Assembly: GCF_964188315.1 (NCBI RefSeq)
Contig: NC_135664.1
Location: 43,772,001-43,836,000 of the forward strand
Length of the DNA: 64,000 nt
Direction: 5' to 3'
Origin: Podarcis muralis
Lineage: Eukaryota
In this document: positions 1 to 13,663 of the stretch, in pieces
Position numbering within the stretch: position 1 is the stretch's first letter
Layout of the letters: each line of letters begins with the position of its first letter
Notes under the pieces: model-generated
The model's input: the letters and a program-made list of their open reading frames with translations, nothing else
The model's database searches: none
What the model was told of the DNA's origin: nothing
Position numbers and translations under genes: made by a program

Positions 1-534
1 TGGTATGAACCTTATAGTTCGGGTACTGCACATGCACTCAATCAGAGCTGGGACATCACACGCTGCCGTAGGCTCCTGACTTCTCTGAGCGATAATGTGT
101 TTCCAAGGTTTTAATCTGGGTTTCCTTTTGATGAGAGAACACAGGAGATATACACTGTGTTTCTAATAGCTTATTTTACTTACAAATATATAAGTAGAGT
201 GGAGATGGGCAGGGGAAGCCACAACTCTCTCACATTCCCTCATCTCGTTCGGGTCACTTCCAAATTACAAACTGCTTTTTCATCACAGAGAGACACTTGG
301 CTCCCCGGTGTCAAGAGGAGCGATGTCGCCTTCCCTAAGCTCTGGTGGCTGTCTCATTCCAACTCCTTGAAAGAGTTGTCCAGCTATCAAGAGACCACTT
401 CCTGGCGCACCGGTGAACCATCCCTGGGCTGCTAATCTGCCTGAAAAAGGAATGTGCAACTATACAAAATCCACAAAAGAACCTGCAGCAGCAAAGGGTT
501 TAAATATTTCTCCTTCTCATGCAACTTGAAAACA

Positions 535-700
535 GTTTGGTGGAGTCTCCTTCTTTGGAGGTCTTTAAGCAGAGGCTTGGCAACCATATGTCAGGAGTGC
601 TCTGATGGTGTTTCCTGCTTGGCAGGGGGTTGGACTCGATGGCCCTTGTGGTCTCTTCCAACTCTATGATTCTATGATTCTATGATTCTTCTATGATTCT
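535..700 (+). mobile_element. CR1 LINE 3' end
   Basis: GCAGGGGGTTGGACTCGATG...CTTCCAACTCTATG followed by an (ATTCTATG)n tail. Confidence 0.85.
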
Positions 701-1580
701 AGTTTGCTTCCCCAGATGAGTGAAAGTGGGCTACTTTTTAAAACTACATCCTAACGAGATTTATCAAAGGTCAGATAATATTGCTTTGGTGGACAGCTGT
801 AGCTCGCAGGCTGCCAGTTGGCCAGTCCAGTCCTAGAATATTGCATCAGATGGTGGATGATTTCTGCTTTCCAAACAAGGGAGGCTGCAAAAGAACAAAG
901 GCATGGGCATGCTGACTTGTGGGAAAATCAAGATTGAAAAGCTAGTGCAGAGCCTTCATTGTTTATTTGTTTGATTGTTTATTTTACTGGCATCTACACC
1001 TTGCCTGTTAGCCAAAAAGGCTCTTAGAGCAGCTAAAAAATAAAAAATAAAATGGTTCTAAGACACTCCCTGTCCTCTTGCTCACAATCTAAATTTCACA
1101 CCCACACTTACATTTAAAACACTCTCATACCACCTTAACAGTGCTAAAGAATTCTGGGAACTTATGGCTTGCCTGCCTTAAGATACTTTGGATCTTCCGG
1201 TGCCTTTCCTCAACCCAGCTGGAATAGCTTTCCCCGTCCAGCAGGATGTTTGTCATTCAGCTGTTTTATATTCTTTGCTTTTCCTTAAAAGAAATTTGCG
1301 AGAGTCTCGAAAGTCCTCTGGAAACGCCACAAGCCTTTGGCCTCGGGCAGATGTGCAAATGGCTGCCAGAACCAGATGTCGTTTGACCCAAATGGAAAGT
1401 TTGGAACTGGGACCAGGACATAAGAATGGCAGAGAGTCAGCGACCTCCTGGCCAGGGACCTGCTCCACTTAAGAGACTCAGAATATAAGCCGTGGCTGAA
1501 AGACAAAAGCTCCTGATAAATTGCTGCTTCCTTCATGAGAAGATCGAGCCATAGAAAGGACCTTCTGCAAACAGGAGAAG

Positions 1581-4500
1581 ATGGGGAATCTTCAGGTGCT
1601 GCTCTTTGTAACCCTGGTCTTGACAGCCCTCTTCTGTTGTGATGGAGGTAAGGGAATATATATGAGACCCCCTAGCCATGATTTTTTTCATCAACATTCA
1701 AAACTGACGGAGTCCTGGGAAGAGGAGGACAACCTATCTCAGTCTTACATTTTAGGAACAGAATCACTTTCCTCAAAGCCACTTTAGACCTGGCAGTGCG
1801 GTTGCCATCAGGAACATGTCTGCATGGAAGTCCCACTTTTATAAAACTGAGGTTCAGGCCACTTTATTAGCCACAGCATTGAAGCAGGCAGAAAGGGGCT
1901 CGCATAGCTTGGTGTTTTTGTGTGTGGCCACCACAGTGCTAGAATAATGGGTGAAGTGGACTTCCAATTAAGATTGTCAAATTTACACTGTATCTTTATA
2001 TTGGTTTGATACCAGTTACACTGTTATGGCTTCCTCACCCCTCATGAACCCTGGAAAATGTAGTTTAGTGAGGGGACTGGGAATTACCTTGCCACTTTGT
2101 ATATAACTCACAAATTGCTCAAATACATATATGAGAACCCATAAACACTGACATGTGTGTAAGTCCTCCCCTTTGAATAATTCCTGGATAATACAGAAGC
2201 AAGCCTGAGTTAAGGGTTATTTTCCTCAGTTTACATTTGACTGATGGGGGAAATGGGGGTGGAAAGGAAGGGAGGAGGAAGACCACAAGACTGCCAGGTG
2301 TCTTACACCATCTGGTCTATATTTTTCAGATATGAACAGGCCCTTGGATGAAGGTAAGTAACTGACGAGAGCAAAGAACTCTCAAGGGCATCTCTGTCCT
2401 TTTTTGTACACATTACTTGGTTGGAGGGCTGCATTACAAAATTCAGAGAAGTGTGAAATTTGAAGGGCAGCTGAATGGAGGGCAGAGGGATGTGTGAATG
2501 TGTGTAGAAATGAGCCTAGGGTGCAAAGTAAAATTAGCATTTATTGTTCCACCCACTTTTGCCTCTGGCTCTGCCCATCACTGGGATGCGGCCTCTGGAA
2601 GATTGCCCAGAAGAGAATGTGGCCCCTGGACTGGAAAAGGTTCCCCACTCCTAGCTCAGGATCTTGGCTTGCCCTTTCCATCCTTCTAGGTTTGCTAAAA
2701 GTTCATTAGGGAAAAGCCTCTTCTGGCTCTCTTGAAGTCCCTGCTGGCCTCACACATGGAGGCAGAGTATGATGAATAATATTGCTTTGAGGCTCACATT
2801 CCCCAGAGAGGCAAATAAAATGGAGGGCGTTTACAAGGAAGCCTGTGTTTTCTGGCACCGCTTAAAGTGATTTTATTTTATTTATTTTTTTATTTAAAAA
2901 AATTAGGTGCCATAAGATACCTGGCATGAACTCAATTTCCTGATTATTCCCCCAGTGAATAAGCCCCCTGTTAGCAAGGCAGCTGGATACTTCCTTGCCT
3001 GTTAGTCTGGCTAAAAGACTGAGAAATAAACCTCGAGAAAGGTTGCCATGCTAGTCTGCTGCAGCAAAAACAGCAGAAATGTTTCTTGGTCACATCCAGA
3101 CCATGCATTTAAAGCATGCATCTCCCCACAAAGTTTCCTGGAAATTGTAGTTTTCTCCTCACGGAGCTACAATTCCCAGCATTCTCAACAAAGTACAATT
3201 CCCAGGATTCTTTTCATGTGCTTTAAACGTATGGTGTGTGGATGCGACCGACTGTGACATAAGTTCTCCTGGCTTAGAAGCCGCTTTGTCAGATACCACC
3301 TGGTGAACGTCCACAAGCACTTCAGCTGCACTAGGCCTGCCAGTCTTTTGAGCCCTGAAGTTGAAGTTGCTGCAAGATTCTTTGCTGTTTTAGGAAAGAA
3401 GCCACAGACAACTCAAAGCACCATTGAATTAAACAGGAAAAAATGACCAATGGCTTTGAGAAATTTGCAAACTCCAAATGATATCCTGCTAATCTATAAT
3501 AGCAAGATCACAAAAACTGCAGAAGGGCACTACTGGTTCATGATGAGTACTCATAGGCAACTAACAGCATCGTTTCCAGAACTGATGGGAAATCTTCCAT
3601 TCATAAGCCACTACCTGAGACGTGTGAGAGGTATTGTGGCACAAATGATGAGCTGGATGGGCAGCAAAAGGCTGCTCTGGGGCCGGCCCTGCCATTAAGG
3701 AGAATGAGGTGGCCACCACAGGCAGCTGGTTTTGGGTGTCATGGAAGGGCAGCAAATTGTTAGTTGTTTCCTTTATGATTGCTGCAATTATACTACCAGG
3801 GAGGGGTGGGTTTTTTTGGGGGGGGGTTTGCCTCAGGTGCCAAAATAACTTGACTGATCTTGGGTGCAAAATGGCATGAGTTGAGGCAGGAAAGGCAGAA
3901 TTTGCTGCTCTGCCTCAGCCAGCAGAATGTCTCGGGCTGGTCCTGGGCGATATTTGAAATGAAACCCCACAGTTATCTAGAGCAGGTGTCTTCAACCTCT
4001 TTCAGACCCAGGACCCACTTTTATCCCATGCATGTGGGAACCCATTTCTTAATCTTTCACCATTAATTTGCATGGTGGTGGTCCTCCTGTTGTGACCCAC
4101 CTTGGATCAGGCCATGACCCACCAGTTGAAGACCAGTGAGCATTCCTATAGAGGAGCAGGGAACCCAAGTATCTCTACATGGCCTTCCCCAGCCCCACCT
4201 CTTTTTCCAAGGCCACATTCCTCACGGATCCTGTTTCTCACCCTCCTTGAGTGTTTTTGCCTGGCTAAAATGAGACTCCTTGAACTCAGTACTCTCTGTA
4301 TTCTCATTCCGCAACATTCTGCGTTCATAACAGGGGTTAAGATCAGTCGAGAAACCGCCAATGCCTTTGTGAGAAGGCAGAAGAGGTCTTCTCCATATTA
4401 TGAAAGGTAAGAGTAAGAGTCTTCTGGGTTTAATATTGATGTTTACAATTACTAATTTGTGGTTGTAGCCAACCAAGTTACACTCAGAGTAGACCAACTG

Positions 4501-5358
4501 AAATCAATAGACTTGACTAACTGAGGTTCATTTATTTCAGTGGGTTTTACTGTGAGTATGGTGAGTATGCCTCTGTTGGGTACAATACTTGGAAAATAGA
4601 TGTGCATGGTTCATGGGGGGCGGGGACAAGATATGAGCCTATGCAACACCACAGGTTCACTAACAAGGGACTGCAGCAGATTCTTACAGAAAACATGTGG
4701 GCCCCTCTTTCTTCAAGAAGCCCCAGGAAAGGGGTGGTGGCGTGGGGAGAGTCCCAAGAGGCTTGAAGCTCTGAGGGGTAAACTACAGTTTCTTTTTTGT
4801 GTGTCTATGGGAATGTGCTTTAAATGTATGGTTGGTGCATAGCCTAATTCACCAACTGTATACAGTGGTACCTCAGGTTACATACGCTTCAGGTTACAGA
4901 CTCCTCTAACCCAAAAATAGTATCTCTGGTTAAGAACTTTGCTTCAGGATGAGAACAGAAATTGTGCTCCGGCGGCACAGCGGCAGCGGGAGGCCCCATT
5001 AGCTAAAGTGGTGCTTCAGGTTAAGAACAGTTTCAGGTTAAGTACGGACTTCCGGAACAAATTAAGTACTTAGCCTGAGGTACCACTGTACATTGTGGAG
5101 ACAGTTAAATGGAGTGCCCAGTACTGAACTGGGTTCTCAGGAAACTGGCTTCATGCTGTGCAGCCTGAACCAAAGAATTTGCACGAGGGGACGCCTCATG
5201 TGTGTGGCTTCTTCCTCCCTCTGTTCTCCAGGTACTACGAAAGGTTCAAAACCCCAATGGAGATGAAGCAAGAACAGTGTGAAAGCCACCCGCTCTGCGA
5301 CTACTACTCGGAAGTAGTGGGATTCCAGACAGCCTACCGCTATTTCTTTGGAAACTGA
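1581..5358 (+). CDS. Osteocalcin-like bone Gla protein (Bgp2/OC3 type), 4 exons, 96 aa
   Basis: Exons 1581-1647, 2330-2353, 4334-4406, 5232-5358, all GT-AG and phase-compatible, 291 nt. Product MGNLQVLLFVTLVLTALFCCDGDMNRPLDEGVKISRETANAFVRRQKR/SSPYYERYYERFKTPMEMKQEQCESHPLCDYYSEVVGFQTAYRYFFGN: signal peptide, propeptide ending in the furin site RQKR, Gla motif ExxxExCE-xxxx-C, osteocalcin-like GFQxAYR end. Confidence 0.9.
4863..5088. mobile_element. Tc1/mariner-type MITE
   Basis: TIR CAGTGGTACCTC / GAGGTACCACTG with TA TSD; same family at 41283, 52537 and 59170. Confidence 0.9.
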
Positions 5359-7275
5359 AGAAGAGGGGGCATCTCCTGTTCTCACCTGGCTGGGACAGAG
5401 GCTGAGATTAAAAGCAATTGGGAGGGGGGAGGGGTGGGCAGAAGGAGCACAGGGCAATCGGACTGGTTTCCCTTCACTAGCAAAACCTAATAACAGTCTT
5501 TCCACTTTCCAGACAGGAAATCACAAGCAGTTAGAGGCTTCTCTTTGCAAGGAGCATGTCTAGGAATAATCAAATGCCAACACTTGTTGGAAAGTAACCG
5601 GCATTCCATGCTAAGGGGGTGGGGGCAAGCAAGGATAAATTGGTTAGTAAGCACAAAAGTCTACCAAGCCGACAATCATTTCTGGGGCTGGCTTTCCTTG
5701 TGAACACCTTGAGGCATCTTCAGCATGGTGCCCTGTCAAAATTTATCACTGTACAAAGTACAAAGATTCACAAAATGTTTAGGGGTATGCGTACCCCTGC
5801 CCCCCCCCCCCGAAAAAAAGCACTGCATGTGTTTGATTAGGACTTGGAACCACTGGTTAAATGTCCATCCCTGGTACTTTTTATCCTTGAGAAGACTGAT
5901 GTAAAACTAAATTTTTCGGTTACCTGATTCATTGTTGCTGTTCTGCTGCCATCATATGGTGATTTTGGTTAATGAATAAGGTAGCAGCCGAAAATGAAGA
6001 TATAATTTTAGAGTTGGAGCGGTCTCCCGCAATTTCTAATTCAAGCTGTTTTGGAGAGCTTGGCAGGAAATTTAGGAGCACGTTTCCCAAGACGTTATAT
6101 TTTAGTTTTCCAACATGATTGCCACTTGCTAGCGTTCAATGTAGAATTTCTGAAACAAGTAGATTAATTGCCTTAATGTTCATTACATTCCAATCAATGT
6201 ATGTTAGTGACGATATCTATTGAGCCATCTCTTTGAAAGTTGCAGTTCGTTACTCACCTATGGTGAGCAGCAATTTCTAATACTCAAGTTCCTTTCAAGG
6301 CACCAATGAAACCATCGCTTAATTAAAAGGCACTTATGAGTATGGATGAATAATGAATCAGTCTATTTCTGGTCCATGTCACATTCATATGTGTTCACTC
6401 GTCATCAGTCAATTCTGTTCTGCTTTCACATTAATCTGCATTTTTTTAAAAATTGCACCAAAAGGATTGTATGCAAATACATATTTAAATGTGTATTTCT
6501 AAGCATGTTCCCTCTCAAAATACGAATTTTAATAAATTTTTGAAGCACAAGCTATGTCACGTCATTTGGAGGAATGCAAAATCCAATGGATAAAGTACCT
6601 TCTCGTTCACACATCAGTACAGAAGGTGCAGAGTAGATCAGTTCCTATCAGAATTTGCGGACATCAATTTTCTCAAGTATCCCTATACGCAACTGCCCTG
6701 GTAAGAGTACTAGTGTCCCTTTGCTTTCTTGGAGTACTGGACAATCTTCATTCCATACTTTACACTGCCCAAGATAAATTTATCCTAAAGCATGTTAGTG
6801 CAGTGTTTTTGATGCCTTTCATTCCTTAGGATCACTTTAAAGAATGGAGCTAGTATAGATTGCTGGTTTAGATTATATCTAGAACCTAGGAAACTCGCTT
6901 ATGCCATATAGAAGGATAAGCCTTACTGAAGAAGAACCAGCATGGCTTCCACAAGGGTAAGTCCTGTCTAACTAATTAGAGAATCACAGAAGGGAGTCGG
7001 AAGGGTTCACAAGGGTGATCTGTTCTGGGGCTGAATAAACCCCACTAGAGATGTGATCTTCTCAAGATGTTCCAGGAGGCCCGACACAATGTCCTGACGT
7101 CATGGCTGAGATGTCACAAAGAGCCGGGGGCGGAGCCGAATGCCCTCTGAATATTGAGGGGCCCTGTCCCCTAAAAACACATTGCCCCCCGAAAGTGCCT
7201 CACCCCCAGGAGCTGGCACCTTTGTCCCCCACTTATGTGCATCCCTACATTTCTTTCTGGCTGACACTGATATTG

Positions 7276-7516
7276 CAGTGGTACCTCGGTTTAAGAACAG
7301 TCCTGTTTCAAAATGATTCGGTTTACGAACTCTGCAAAACCAGAAGTAGTGTCCCAGTTTGTGAACTTTACCTCAGTCTAAGAACAGAATCCGAATGGTA
7401 GAAGGGCACCGACGGCAAAAGGCCTCATTAGGGAAAGCACGCCTCAGTTTAAGAACGGTTTCGGTTTAAGAATGGACTTCTGGAATGGATTAAGTTCGTA
7501 AACCGAGGTACCACTG
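7276..7516. mobile_element. Tc1/mariner-type MITE (related subfamily)
   Basis: TIR CAGTGGTACCTCGGTTT / AAACCGAGGTACCACTG, TA on the right. Confidence 0.85.
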
Positions 7517-7898
7517 TACTGGAAAAGGTTATGTACAAATCTAAACATGTTTCATAAACGTATTTTGTACAAGTTTTTGGTTTTTTTTAAGCTGCAGAGT
7601 TTTCTTCAGATTTACATTTCTTCAGATTTACAGCTATTTACATATTGACCTAGTTGTATCTAATTTAGATTGCTAAACTAGAAATCTAAGCTTGTGCCTC
7701 TTTTGAGTACTACAATCTAGAAAAGCTTAAGTGTACCTAGTTTGTCCATCTTAACGCAGTGCTCAAATATTTACATTAAAAATGCTGCGGAAGGAAGTGC
7801 AGATGCCGTAATCAGAAACTGTCTCTTTATTATTTGCGCAACTTCCCTGCCATGTAAACAGAAGCGGTTTTCTACCAGCTGGGCAATCAGCTTCAGGT

Positions 7899-8693
7899 TC
7901 ACTGCAACTTATCCACTATCAATGTGATATACTCTTCAGCTGTCTTCACAGTCCTCTGGAATTTTTCGCAAGCTGGCTTCAAGATTTTCACAGCGTCTTC
8001 GAGGGTGCTTGCCGCTAATTCAACCGTTTTACTAGGTGGCTGTCCTTTAAAAGCCACCCGCATGAAGTTAGTAAGTGAGAAAGCCGTGGTAATGAGTGGT
8101 TGGCTCTGAGTCCTTGTTCGTGTGGCTGTTCCTATTGCTGCAGCTGCTGCCTGGGATGAGGTGGGGCAGGCGTCTGAAAGCACTTTGGCAATTTCTTCGT
8201 TAGTCATGAGAAGGTCACCCACTCTGAGAGAGAGAACAGGATTGCTTGTTAAATCCCGAATGGCGGCGTCTAGTATCTCGGGGAGATTGCCATTTTTCAG
8301 TAGTGCTGCTGAAACGGGACCGCTGATATTGTCAATAACTCCCTTATATTTCCCATAAAGGTCCTTTATCAGCTGGATTTTTTCATTTGTGGAGGTGGAA
8401 GGCAACACAATACTGGAATACAGTGGAAGGCCGACTTTTTGCTTGATATCCTGATCTTTGGCCTCCACTTTTTCCTGCATCTCTTTCAGAGCACTCATCA
8501 GAAGCTGAAGGTTTTCCTTGATGCTCAAGTTTTCCCTTACTGTAATGATGGCTAGGTCAGTTCCCAGAAACTGGTTGAGCATCCGGAAGGCGATGTTGGT
8601 GGAAGAAACAAACATGTAGACACAGTCGTACAAGTTGCGGCTGGCATTGAGTAGCCTTTCCTCACCCTTCTGTGCACCGAACCTGCCCAGCAT
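7899..8693 (-). CDS. C12orf60: C12orf60 homolog, single coding exon, about 264 aa
   Basis: Long ORF (EERLLNASRNLYD...AASTLEDAVKILKP) resembling recalled human C12orf60 at both ends; syntenic position. The ORF track starts at a TTG (8726), but a minus-strand acceptor (CAG at 8716-8718) precedes the first ATG at 8693. Confidence 0.8.
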   Translation of the reverse strand: MLGRFGAQKGEERLLNASRNLYDCVYMFVSSTNIAFRMLNQFLGTDLAIITVRENLSIKENLQLLMSALKEMQEKVEAKDQDIKQKVGLPLYSSIVLPSTSTNEKIQLIKDLYGKYKGVIDNISGPVSAALLKNGNLPEILDAAIRDLTSNPVLSLRVGDLLMTNEEIAKVLSDACPTSSQAAAAAIGTATRTRTQSQPLITTAFSLTNFMRVAFKGQPPSKTVELAASTLEDAVKILKPACEKFQRTVKTAEEYITLIVDKLQ

Positions 8694-8919
8694 TTCCAAA
8701 AAGGGAGATATCACACTGAAATACAAACCAAAGTATGCTCAGCAGAAGAAAGTCAACAAAGCTGTTATATTCAACTTTTGTCTTGGGGAAAAATTATGGA
8801 AGGGAGATTTGAAATTTACCAGCGTGCTGTTTGTTGAAGGAAAACTATATGAAAATGTTGTATAGATGGTACTTAACACCAGTAAAATTAGCAAAGATGT
8901 ATAGAACAGCTTCTAATGT

Positions 8920-9500
8920 ATGTTGGAAATGTAACGTTCTACCATATTTGGTGGATGTGCAAAGTAACAAAAGCATTCTGGGAAAGGATATATAATGAAC
9001 TGAAGAAAATATTTAAAATAACATTTGTGGGGAAAATCAGAGGCTTTTCTATTAGGTATCTTAGGTACAGAGATTCCGAGAGAGCAGAAAAGACTTTTCA
9101 TGTACTCGATGACAGCAGCGAGAATACCACTGGTCCAGAAATGGAAAGAGGATGAAGTTTCAACCAGAGAAGAGTGGCTGATGAAGATGATGGACTATGC
9201 TGAAATGGTGAAATTGACCGGGACAATCAGAGACCAGGATGAGAAGAAGTTTAAGAAAGAATGGGGAAAATCTATAGAGTAATATTTATAATATACAAAA
9301 TACAATGGAAAAACAATTAATAATATTTTTAACAAATTAGGAAAAAAAGGATAAGCTGAAAGAAATAGGGATTGACAACGAAAACCAGAAAAGGGTGGTG
9401 GGAAGTCAGGGGATTCTGAGAATCCAAAATATGAAGGTGAATGATATGTTTAAATTGAAATATGTTATGTAAAATCTAATTAAAAATATTTTTTAAAAGC
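8920..9500 (+). mobile_element. Degraded L1-clade LINE 3' fragment
   Basis: Frameshifted TFYHIWWMC...[10 protein letters not shown]...EAFLLG...MTAARI; same family as 41319-42003. Confidence 0.8.
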
Positions 9501-9901
9501 TGTTATGTCAGCCATGTATCTCCAAAAATCTCATGAACAGCACTTAATTTAAAAAGTCAAGTGAAGCAAAATCTATTATTATACAGCTACTACTGCAATA
9601 GGTACATAAAATATTTCTGAGAACCTATTTCTATATTTGGAGCCCATGGAATATATTTTATTGGAATATATAGTTGTATAAAATGTTGAACTGCTGGTTG
9701 GCTGCTTCCGTGTCTACTTTAGCTTCTGCTCTGCTCCTCTTGCTCACCTCAGTATTTCTTAGTACAACTACTGTTTAAACGTTTCTTTAATGTCAGCTGC
9801 CAACAGTATGCCTAAAGACTTAGACTGTATAGAGAAATCCCCCCCACTTATGCACAATCAACTCACAAACAACCTCATATATGTGCAGCACTGGGAGATA
9901 G

Positions 9902-9939
<38 letters not shown>

Positions 9940-11169
9940 TCAAACCTGGAAATGGCAGAAGAGAGCTGGAGAGTCCTTGTGGCTTGTTAGGAGCCCCTCC
10001 CCAGAGCCTGAAGAGGATGTCAGTGAGCCAAAACTCCAAAATAAAGGTTTTTAATGTGTGTGTGTTTTTAAAAAAGAATTTATGGGCTCCAAAACGGTGC
10101 ACGAGAGCTCTTACTGTTGCCTGCTACCCTGCTCCACAGCTGTTGGGCAGGAAGCTGTATTGCAGCGGGCTCAGAGGCACTGTTCCCTGTCCTTTCTGGC
10201 CATCTGGAGGCAAAGGTACAGTGTAGAAGAAAAAGGTACGGTACTGTACTTCAGATGCCTCTTCAATCACCCCAGTTCCCTGCTCCGACAGGCTCCCCAC
10301 TTCTGTGCATTTCACAAATGTGTGTGGAGGCCCGGAACGTAATCCCTACGTAAGTGGGGAGTCCCCTCTATTAGATGGCCAATATAGGGATGGGGAGAGG
10401 TGTAATGAACTGATAATGGGAAAAGGGTTTTGGAAAAGATCAAGTAGCAATGAAGGCCTGAAGGAATGTCAGGAAAGGCTTGTGATCTCAAACCACGGCA
10501 CCCATCTGCCACTGCCTGCATACCTTCCCTGTCCTGTGGATTGTGCTCTTGGCAACTAAACTCCCTGTGATTCGTTTATTTTTTTTACTTTGAACTAGCA
10601 ATTATAGAACAAACTGGAAACAGCGCCAGCCCTGAATCTGACCTTTGGTTTAATATTGAAATGCATTCCCGCATGCCAGCCATTCTTTTGTCAGAAGATG
10701 AAAATGGGGGTTGTTTTTCACAGTGGAGGCCTCTAGTGCTGCTGAGGCTGTTTCTTTTCCACAATCAGAGGTCAATGGAATTGAAATGGAGATCCTGTGT
10801 AGCATGTTACACAGTGTTATTTTAACTAACAATGCCCTTCTCCACAACGAAGATCTACTCACATGAAAGTGCCATTCAGCAAAGTTTCTTGTAATTGCTT
10901 CCTGAAAGCTTTCTGTTTACTATTTTGCTATAATGGAAAGAGAAAACAAAATGGGAAAAGTCCATCAATTTAGCACCCCCACCTCCTGTGGAACGGAAGC
11001 TCACCAAATAAACATTTCGCACTAATCCGCCAGCCCTGTTGACCAAAGAAGCAATAAAATGTGCTGAACTTGCAAACAGAAAGCTTTAAACTTAAAGGAA
11101 CAGTTTGGGCTGGTAGTTATAAAGACAAAAGTCCAAGTTTAGGGATCTGTGAGCTGGAAGCAAGAAGTA

Positions 11170-11317
11170 NNNNNNNNNNNNNNNNNNNNNNNNNNNNNNN
11201 NNNNNNNNNNNNNNNNNNNNNNNNNNNNNNNNNNNNNNNNNNNNNNNNNNNNNNNNNNNNNNNNNNNNNNNNNNNNNNNNNNNNNNNNNNNNNNNNNNNN
11301 NNNNNNNNNNNNNNNNN
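11170..11317. other. Assembly gap
   Basis: 148 N. Confidence 1.
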
Positions 11318-12620
11318 AATCTAAGGCTGCTGCTTGGGGCATTAATGCTGTGAGTCCCTCCATTGTAGGCTCAAAATAAATATGCCAGCTTAAGGATGCT
11401 TTTTTAAAAAGTGTGTTTCATTTAATCTGTAGTTTGGTCTTGCTCAACATCAGAAATGCATCACGAGTTAGAAATCCCTGCTGAATTCACATTTTGACAG
11501 CTTCTGAAAAATACTCTCGGTGGACCAGCAGACTGATTCTATGAGTTTCTGCCTACTAAGTAAGTCAGTGGCACAATGACTGTGGCCTTATGACCCCCTA
11601 ATGCTGAGCTAGCATTGCAAGGCCAGGATGCTACATCAGAAGTATGAGTCAGCATTCACCTACGATCAACAGGCAGAGCCCAAAATAGGATGGCGCTCTG
11701 CACAAACCCTCCAGCTAATTGTGTCTCGCCGACATGTGAGATGAGAACTTTATAAACAATTTGTATTGTACGGGTGCAGTTGGGCAAGGCATGATGCTGA
11801 TGGGTACTGAGATGGTGGGAAACTGATAATAAGGATTTGGATATTTACTGATGGTTCTTAACTGAACCCAGCATTCAGCTAAGAAGACAAGCCTCCTTTG
11901 ATGGTAAAATTGGCAGAGTCCTCACGGCTGACAAGAAGGGGTGAGTTCCCATTTAATTTGCCTACTTGTCTCCACTTGCTGGGAATCCAGTCATTTATTT
12001 ATTTATAAAAAATATTTATATACCAGTGTACTATTTAAAAAAATGTATCACAGTGGTTTACAACAATATAAAAACGATATCAAAACATTTTCACTCCAGC
12101 AGTGAAGGGATAAAACCTCTAGGACCTTGGCTGACTGTGGCTAAATGAAGCTGCATTGGGAAATGCTTAAAAACTGCCCTGTACCTTGTCATTCTCCGAT
12201 TACAAGCCAGCAACTTGGTGCTGCCCAGCACAAATGAGAACAGACTTGAGGCAGCCACTGTAGTCATCTCAGGGGGAGCTCTTCTGTTTCTGCCACTTCA
12301 GCCCTGAATTTCCTCACTGGCAGCAGATGAAGCTCCCGCATGGTGAAAATGTAGACAACATACCAAATGGTGTCTTGGGCCGCCTATTGGTGCCTCTAGC
12401 TCTGCAAGGGAATTCTTGTAGACCCAACTTGCCAAATAATAAATATTATCTTCCTCTTTCAGAATAAAACAAAAAACCCAACAACATGCCTGTGTGTGAC
12501 CAAGTGCGAAATCTGCCCATGGGGGGGTGGTGTGTGGTTGTGATGAAACAAGAATCCATGAAGAAGAACTGAAGAACACAGGACACTTGGGATTAATGCA
12601 GCAAGTAAGTCTGTATTGGA

Positions 12621-12976
12621 GGGACGCGGGTGGTGCTGTCCCTCCCTTAAACCACAGAGCCTAGGGCTTGCCGATCGGAAGGTTGGTGGTTCGAATCTCC
12701 ACGACGGGGGGAGCTCCCGTTGCTCGGTCCCTGCTCCTGCCAACCTAGCAGTTCGAAAGCACGTCAAAGTGTAAGTAGATAAATAGGGACCGCTCTGGCA
12801 GGAAGGTAAACGGCATTTCTGTGCGCTGCTCTGGTTTGCCAGAAGCGGCTTAGTCATGCTGGCCACATGACCCGGAAGCTGTACGCCGGCTTCCTCGGCC
12901 AATAAAGCGAGATGAGCGCCGCAACCCCAGAGTTGTTCGTGACTGGACCTAACAGTCAGGGGTCCCTTTACCTTTA
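12621..12976 (+). mobile_element. Sauria SINE, full length
   Basis: GGGACGCGGGTGG head, GGTTCGAATC B-box, ACCTTT tail. Confidence 0.9.
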
Positions 12977-13663
12977 AGTCTGCATTATCATCCCAATGGC
13001 TGCGCTTCAACTCTGTTGCCTGTCTTCCCATCAGCCCCTGGCAGCCCTTGAGTCCTTTTCAGAGTCTGCTTGGAAGCTGTGCTCAATGGAAGGCAACTTG
13101 ATTTTATTTATTTATTTAACAGCTTGCTATCTGCCCTTCCTCCAGGATGGAACATAAGAGTGGTTTGCAATAATAGTCAATAATATGTGCTATTCAGTGC
13201 CCCCTCCACCTCCATGGAAGGACCTTTTTGTCTTTCTCTTCTTCATCAGTCTGCTACAGAATTTCTTTGTGTTCTGCTAAAGGAGATTATGGTCATTGAT
13301 TTGATTTTTGTTAACTTTATCGTTAGTAATTACTAAAGTACAATCAAAGCCAACAGCAAAAGCAGACCAATAACACCTTCTACCCTCCCAATTTTAAAAG
13401 AAATGCTGGTGGGGGGGAAAGGTCTTAAGGCCAGTGCAAAGATGATCACACTTAAAATAGAAAAAGTAAAAAAGAATCAACTGAAGTAGCAATGACATGC
13501 ACATTACCTTAATAATTTTGAGTTGGCTTCCGGTTTTATCAGTTAGTGGTCTCCCAATATTTTATTTACAAGTATTTTTATTGTACTTCTGCTCCCTAAC
13601 CACAATTCCTAATGCTTACAGCAGAACTACTTTCCTCTTCCATTATCAGCTCATCTTTGCAGA

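Noticed and set aside
8694-8726. N-terminal extension MYFSVISPFLE of C12orf60
   Set aside because: Starts at TTG and crosses a splice acceptor; likely intron and 5' UTR.
11061-11379. ORFs spanning the N-run
   Set aside because: Assembly-gap artefacts.
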